IMG/VR virus record: IMGVR_UViG_3300006180_000013
Location: 1 to 20,401 of that record
Strand: one strand, 5' to 3'
Length of the DNA stretch: 20,401 nt
DNA from: a virus
Shown one piece after another: positions 15,313 to 20,401 of this stretch (within the stretch, counting starts at the first letter, position 1; each line of letters begins with the position of its first letter). The notes under the pieces were generated by a model, which was given only the letters and a program-made list of their open reading frames with translations, ran no database searches and was not told where the DNA came from. A program made the translations under genes and the position numbers.

Positions 15313-15629
15313 ATGGGTTTTTTTCTGATCTAGCAACAGCGTTACGTTCATCTATTTCTTTCATAATTATTGCTATGTTTACGATAGTATTCATTATAGC
15401 TTTCGGTCTTCTTGTGTATATTTTCAATATCTTTAACAATGCACAGTCTCAGGTGTCTAAAACTGTTCAGCCTACGAACAATATTTCACATGTAGTCTCC
15501 GCAGATATACATACTGCTTACACTAGTTTTGTCCCGTATATAAACTACTGGATGTATGGACTTGGAATAGGCATAGTTGTAGCTCTCATTTTTATTATAG
15601 CATTATCAATAAGGGAAGAAGGTGATTAA
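15313..15629 (+). CDS. Two-TM hairpin membrane protein; likely true start at 15313, needing a -1 shift (track ORF 15375-15629)
   Basis: ATG 15313 directly follows the upstream TAA and has SD GGTGA, but stops after 6 codons. The -1 frame (SDLATALRSSISFIIIA) runs into the 84-aa ORF. Confidence 0.6.
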
Positions 15630-15631
15630 GA

Positions 15632-15958
15632 ATGCAATTGAAACCGTCTATAACTACGGCAGTAATATTTTTTGCGTTAGCTACAATGTTAGTATTCGTA
15701 GCTTTCCCGTTCTTCAACCTTGTAAGTAAACAAACTCTCATCATCTCTAACTCTTCTATAATATATACAAATAGCACAAAAGAATCGATACAGATAGCTA
15801 ATTCTACATTTACCCTAAACCAACCGCAGTATTATTCCCAACAATACAATGTATTGTTAATGTTCTACAGCATTATTGCATACCCATTTTTTGATATTGT
15901 AGTGTTCATAATGATCGTTGGGCTTGCGTTTATCTACTGGTTTTTAAGGGAAAGATAG
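15632..15958 (+). CDS. Two-TM hairpin membrane protein with a sequon-rich loop, 108 aa
   Basis: SD GGTGA overlaps the upstream stop; two hydrophobic helices; NSS/NST/NST sequons in the loop. Confidence 0.8.
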   Translation: MQLKPSITTAVIFFALATMLVFVAFPFFNLVSKQTLIISNSSIIYTNSTKESIQIANSTFTLNQPQYYSQQYNVLLMFYSIIAYPFFDIVVFIMIVGLAFIYWFLRER

Positions 15959-16020
15959 CAGTGTGGGAGGAGAAGAGAATCTAATAACTTTTTTAAACAG
16001 CTGTTTGAGAGATATATATA

Positions 16021-19000
16021 ATGAGTGCTAATCCTATCGCACAACAGATAAACCAGTTAATTTCCGAGGGTAAATATCAGCAAGCCCTGCAATTAGCACA
16101 ACAAAACGGTTTAACTCAAACTGCCCAAAAAATCCAAGCGTTAATATATGTGCAACAGGCAATTAATGACGCAGAGAACGGTAACATCAACCAGGCATTA
16201 ACAGATTTACAAAACGCACAAAAACTAAACCCGAACATTAACTTACAGCCTTATTTCGCTTACATTAACGTTATCCAACTTTTCAATTCTGCAAACGAGG
16301 CATTGAAGAACGATGATTATAACACCGCTTTGAGTGAACTAAACCAGGCTCTACAAATAGCCCAACAATACCCAAACGTAATTAACGTAACGCAAATACA
16401 ACAACAAATACAGACAGTGCAGGCACTACAACAGATACAACAATACATCAATAACGCTAACAGTGAATTGGAAAAAGCAAACTTCGCAGAAGCTTATCAG
16501 TACCTTCAGCAAGCCCTGCAATTAGCACAACAACATAACATCAGTGATAAGAGGCTTGAAAATATAACTACAGCAGTCTCGTACTTAGCGAAGATACCTG
16601 CGTTCCCGCAACCACCACAGGGAGAAATAACATTACAGAAGTTACAACAATATCTACAATCATTAAAATCGTTCTTCGCCACTGCATCACAGTACGCTAC
16701 AGAAGCATCACGTTATTACAACAATTTTTCATCTCTTGCAAACGATTACCAACAGTCTGAACAGGTCAGTTCTCAGCTTCTGAATATAGTCAATCTACTA
16801 GTTAATGCACAGAATATTGCAGAACAGAACAGTAATTCAATGTCTGCAATACAGAGTGCAATAAACCTTATAAAACAGGCTCAGAATCAATTGCAGAATG
16901 TTAACGCTGACAATACACCATTATCAAGTTTAGCAAGTTCGTTATCCGACACTGTCCAGGAAATGTATACTAAATACACTGCCTACCTGCAAATACTTGA
17001 AGACATAAAAAAAGGGCAACAAGAAGCAGAAAGTGGAAATTATTCTGAGGCTGTCCAATATCTGCAAGAAGCTTCGCAAATAGCACAACAGAACGATATT
17101 AACATAAATTTAACTTTATATATTCAAGGTTTCACGATTTTAGAGGACTTACAACCATTACCCAACCCTCCTTCTAATCAAACATTCCTTTCTCTTTCTC
17201 AATATTTCGACAGCGTGTATCAGGTTCTTCAGGAGAATTATCAAGTTTTGGAAAAGGCTTCTAAATATCTTCAAATAAATTTACAAACAGTCCAAGGTGA
17301 TATCCAGGACGCAAAGAACATATCGCAAGCTCTGCAGTTGTTAGCAGAAGCTCAACAATTGCTTACGCCATCGCAAAACAACATTAAAACGATTCTAGCG
17401 AATAAAGATAAGATTCTAAGCGATATTTCGCAAGCTCTGCAGTTGTTGAGTGAGAGCGAGAGCTATGATATGCAAAGTTCCGCCAAACAGCTGTTTGAAA
17501 TCGCACAAAACTACCAAACCCAGGTGCAAACTTATCTGTCAGGGCTTGAGAAGACCCAACAAACGTTAGATGCCTTGAAGACTGTAAACACACTCACAAC
17601 TCAGAAAGTAAATGCTAGTTCCCCATCAGCATATTTCTTGGCTTTAATGAACAACTATACGGAAGCTCTTAGGGTGTTAAAGAATGCGATGTCTTCCGCT
17701 ATGCAAGCTAACTCTCTTTTCGAGCAGATAAACGCCACACCACCATTTGACATGAACCAACTTCAAAGCGAGGATATCGCGTTAGAGCAGTTTTCTCAAT
17801 TGTTCGGAACTACTGCAAGTGCGTATTCCTCTGTCGAAAGTTTATTAAACAACCAAGGTAACTTAAGTACCCCATCGGATTATGCGAAGTATTACCAGAA
17901 TGTAGTTTCTACAATACAGAAGGCAATGCAGAAGATAAATTCACTCAACATTACTGACAACGATGTTGATAAAGTAAGACATCAAATAATCCAATCATTG
18001 CAGGAAAATGAGACTAACTACTCAGCTCTATCCCATGCCTTTAACATAATAGCTTCTGCAACTACTGAAACTGAAAGACATATACAATATGGACATAGCA
18101 TGGGTGGAAATTCGGCACAAGCCTTAGCTCAAGCTTACAAGGAAGCGTCACAATACCTTTCTCAGTATCAAGCACTCCAACCTATCGCACAACAATTCGC
18201 AAATATGGGCGAATTCTACTCCCTAATTGCACAAGCTAATGAACTTCTTCAACAAGCACAGAATTCCTCATCTGTTGATGCTAAAATTTCTTCGATGGAA
18301 CAGGCAAAGGGGTATCTCCAACAAGCACTTCAGTATATTCCGTCGAATTCACAGGCATACCAAACCATTCAGAATGAGATATCAAATATTAACAAAGCAG
18401 TAAGTGTACTGCAGAATGCACAATCTCTAGAGCAACAACTAAAGAATGCGTTAAATAACGGCGATTGGGTTTCTGCTTTATATTATTATAATGAATTATT
18501 GAAAGCTACACAGGGTACTAATATAAATGATGCGTATAACGACGTATCGAATAATAATTACTTCCAAGCGATACAGGACGTTAACAATAATTCATCGCTT
18601 CAACCACAACAAAAACAGTTCCTGAATAGCCTTATAGCTACCATAGGTATCAATACGTATTACTTGCCTCTGATGAATTCCTCACTACAACAGGCTCATT
18701 TACAAGCGTCTTCTTGGGGACAAGCATTGTCCGAAACCTTCAATTTCGTTCAACAGATGCAACCCGTCGCTGAAAATTTGCAGAACGCACTTCAGTACGC
18801 CCAAGATGCTGAGAACTTAGCACAATATGTTTCTCCTCAGCTACAACAGAACCTTTCTCAAGTAGTATCACAGATCCAACAGCAATATAACGCAATTGAG
18901 GAACAGATACAGAGTGCCGAAAGTAATCCAGTAGTTAACGTGTTTGAAGGTTTTGCTAACACTTTCAATACCGGTTTAAACAACATGATGAATGATATTA

Positions 19001-20400
19001 ACAACCTCATCTATTCGGCGTTCGGTAAGAACGTTTTCACTGAAATCTTAGCAGGGATCGTCGACGGTGCCATATTTGTAGCAATCTCTGCTATTCCTAT
19101 TGTTGGGCAAGTCTTCGATGTAATGGCGACGATATCTTTTGTTTCTAGTACAATATTTGATTTGTTAGCCGGTTCCGCGTCATTTAACGCTACCGTTAAT
19201 TCTTTCAAACAGATGTTTACAAACCCAACGTCAATAGCAATGATAGTGACACTTATAGTTAATGTAATTGCAACAAGGTTGATAGAACCAGCCAACATAG
19301 ACAATATTGATTTACTTAAGACTACGGACAGCGTAAAGTCAGTTCTGTCAAAAATTGAGGATACTATAAAGGACAAGGTCGACATATCAACAATAAGCAA
19401 TAAGGTTACTGATACTGTTAAGAGCGATGTAACTGAATCCCCAGACTTCTCAAAAATCAATGACTTAGTAAAAGAGGTAAAGCTAGACAAGCTGGATATT
19501 AAGGCACTGAAGGGGGTAGGTAACAAGATAGTAAAGATTGAAGGAGACGCATACGAATTCGTCAGGAGTCACATATCAGATACAAAGATTACGATAGAGA
19601 CTTACGACATTTTCAAAGATGTGAAACTGAAAGTGTTTGATGGAGCCAGCAATATTACAGTAAAGTTAGGCAAAGACTTTGCTGATGATATAAAAGTGGG
19701 TGTTACGCCAAAACTTATTGACGATGTGGTTGAAACATTTGAAAATGGCAAAGTCAAGCTCACAACGGTTAGCGAAGAAACTATAAAGAACGCTCTTTCT
19801 TCAAACGATTTAGCTACAGCCCTGGACACTATCAAGCTTAACCTGTCCGCGACTGTCGCCAAACAGCTGTTTGACAAACTTGAAATGGCAGATGGCAATA
19901 TAGTGAAAATATCTCCAGACGAGGGTATAGCATATGTCGGTGGTAAATTCTACGATGTGTTCTACAAGGACGGCACTCCTGTCAAAATGGAGGCGATAGA
20001 CAACGCTGTGGCATTAGCTAAGCTAGAAAAATTTGCAGAGGACACTGTAGGCAATTTCATTACGCTGAATAAAGACGTGATAGAGCAACTGTTGAAGAAT
20101 AACGAAAACTTGCAGAGTATCGAATACGAGTTAACAAATAGGCTTACAGGCAACGTTGTAAGAAATGAGTACTTGAAACTTAAAGACGTATTAGGAAATG
20201 AGACAGAGTTAACGTCTAGGACTGAGATAAACCCTAACGAGATAAAAAGAACTAATGTAATAGAAGGAAAGAATCTGCCTGAAATACCTCAAAATATTAA
20301 ATACCTGACACCACAGAACGTCGATGATCTACTTAGCTTTAATAACAGGTTTTCACGGATATTCAGGTCACTAATTGATGAACACCCTGAGGTCAAAGAC
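16021..20400 (+). CDS. Giant protein (>1460 aa, 3' end outside the window): Q/N/A-rich TPR-like helical region, hydrophobic segment, K/D/E-rich region
   Basis: I translated the frame from ATG 16021 to the window end without finding a stop, which explains its absence from the ORF track. Repeated A..YL.QA.Q.AQQ helices; hydrophobic stretch at about aa 1009-1084. Confidence 0.9.
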   Translation, partial: MSANPIAQQINQLISEGKYQQALQLAQQNGLTQTAQKIQALIYVQQAINDAENGNINQALTDLQNAQKLNPNINLQPYFAYINVIQLFNSANEALKNDDYNTALSELNQALQIAQQYPNVINVTQIQQQIQTVQALQQIQQYINNANSELEKANFAEAYQYLQQALQLAQQHNISDKRLENITTAVSYLAKIPAFPQPPQGEITLQKLQQYLQSLKSFFATASQYATEASRYYNNFSSLANDYQQSEQVSSQLLNIVNLLVNAQNIAEQNSNSMSAIQSAINLIKQAQNQLQNVNADNTPLSSLASSLSDTVQEMYTKYTAYLQILEDIKKGQQEAESGNYSEAVQYLQEASQIAQQNDININLTLYIQGFTILEDLQPLPNPPSNQTFLSLSQYFDSVYQVLQENYQVLEKASKYLQINLQTVQGDIQDAKNISQALQLLAEAQQLLTPSQNNIKTILANKDKILSDISQALQLLSESESYDMQSSAKQLFEIAQNYQTQVQTYLSGLEKTQQTLDALKTVNTLTTQKVNASSPSAYFLALMNNYTEALRVLKNAMSSAMQANSLFEQINATPPFDMNQLQSEDIALEQFSQLFGTTASAYSSVESLLNNQGNLSTPSDYAKYYQNVVSTIQKAMQKINSLNITDNDVDKVRHQIIQSLQENETNYSALSHAFNIIASATTETERHIQYGHSMGGNSAQALAQAYKEASQYLSQYQALQPIAQQFANMGEFYSLIAQANELLQQAQNSSSVDAKISSMEQAKGYLQQALQYIPSNSQAYQTIQNEISNINKAVSVLQNAQSLEQQLKNALNNGDWVSALYYYNELLKATQGTNINDAYNDVSNNNYFQAIQDVNNNSSLQPQQKQFLNSLIATIGINTYYLPLMNSSLQQAHLQASSWGQALSETFNFVQQMQPVAENLQNALQYAQDAENLAQYVSPQLQQNLSQVVSQIQQQYNAIEEQIQSAESNPVVNVFEGFANTFNTGLNNMMNDINNLIYSAFGKNVFTEILAGIVDGAIFVAISAIPIVGQVFDVMATISFVSSTIFDLLAGSASFNATVNSFKQMFTNPTSIAMIVTLIVNVIATRLIEPANIDNIDLLKTTDSVKSVLSKIEDTIKDKVDISTISNKVTDTVKSDVTESPDFSKINDLVKEVKLDKLDIKALKGVGNKIVKIEGDAYEFVRSHISDTKITIETYDIFKDVKLKVFDGASNITVKLGKDFADDIKVGVTPKLIDDVVETFENGKVKLTTVSEETIKNALSSNDLATALDTIKLNLSATVAKQLFDKLEMADGNIVKISPDEGIAYVGGKFYDVFYKDGTPVKMEAIDNAVALAKLEKFAEDTVGNFITLNKDVIEQLLKNNENLQSIEYELTNRLTGNVVRNEYLKLKDVLGNETELTSRTEINPNEIKRTNVIEGKNLPEIPQNIKYLTPQNVDDLLSFNNRFSRIFRSLIDEHPEVKD

Positions 20401-20401
20401 T

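Larger units (their letters stand above)
366..19872. promoter_or_regulatory. Dispersed palindromic motif family AAACA-NN-TGTTT (extended consensus CT(C/T)AAACANNTGTTT(G/T)AG), about 20 copies
   Basis: Exact AAACANNTGTTT at 366, 1443, 1956, 3311, 8476, 9005, 9869, 11149, 11624, 12632, 14921, 15995, 17485, 19207 and 19861. One-mismatch copies at 973, 2451, 2835 and 10150. Centre-length variants at 4392 and 5343. Confidence 0.9.

Noticed and set aside
998-20153. Antisense/overlapping track ORFs (998-1249, 2722-2946, 4592-4888, 5476-5658, 8450-8683, 9193-9387, 9623-9958, 10954-11238, 11269-11595, 12073-12417, 13005-13208, 13581-13958, 14963-15196, 15227-15439, 15595-15777, 17384-17593, 19011-19526, 19602-19898, 19962-20153)
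   Set aside because: All are shadows of better-supported genes on the opposite strand, with Ser/Phe/Leu-biased composition typical of antisense frames.
1-20401. tRNA/rRNA genes, integrase or att sites
   Set aside because: None recognisable by eye; a tRNAscan-SE run would be needed to exclude tRNA fragments formally.

Overview
AT-rich archaeal (Sulfolobales-type) viral or proviral DNA, most likely a large spindle-shaped virus of the bicaudavirus/monocaudavirus group (ATV/STSV/SMV-like). The anchors are an ATV p131-like four-helix-bundle virion protein (YPEVTLKLAGxEA; 14944-15312), a hydrophobic-hairpin major-capsid candidate (11174-11605), an SSV B251-like ATPase, a family-3 acyltransferase and a giant ORF of more than 1460 aa that runs off the window. 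The left half is an accessory region of short, mostly monocistronic genes. The standout is a TIGR-Tas-like RNA-guided system. A Nop/IS110-RNA-binding-domain protein with two Zn-ribbon insertions and no visible nuclease domain (6828-7877) is followed by a strictly periodic 38-nt dual-spacer array (8151-8428: 12-nt edge repeat, 9-nt spacer, 8-nt loop repeat, 9-nt spacer; 7 full units). A 308-bp non-autonomous IS200/IS605 element sits between gene and array; removing it in silico restores a stop codon 1 nt before the first repeat. The Nop gene is the last of a three-gene operon and is in frame with the upstream ATPase across a single TGA. A palindrome, AAACA-NN-TGTTT, recurs about 20 times across the window. 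All family assignments come from motif recognition and memory, not database searches.
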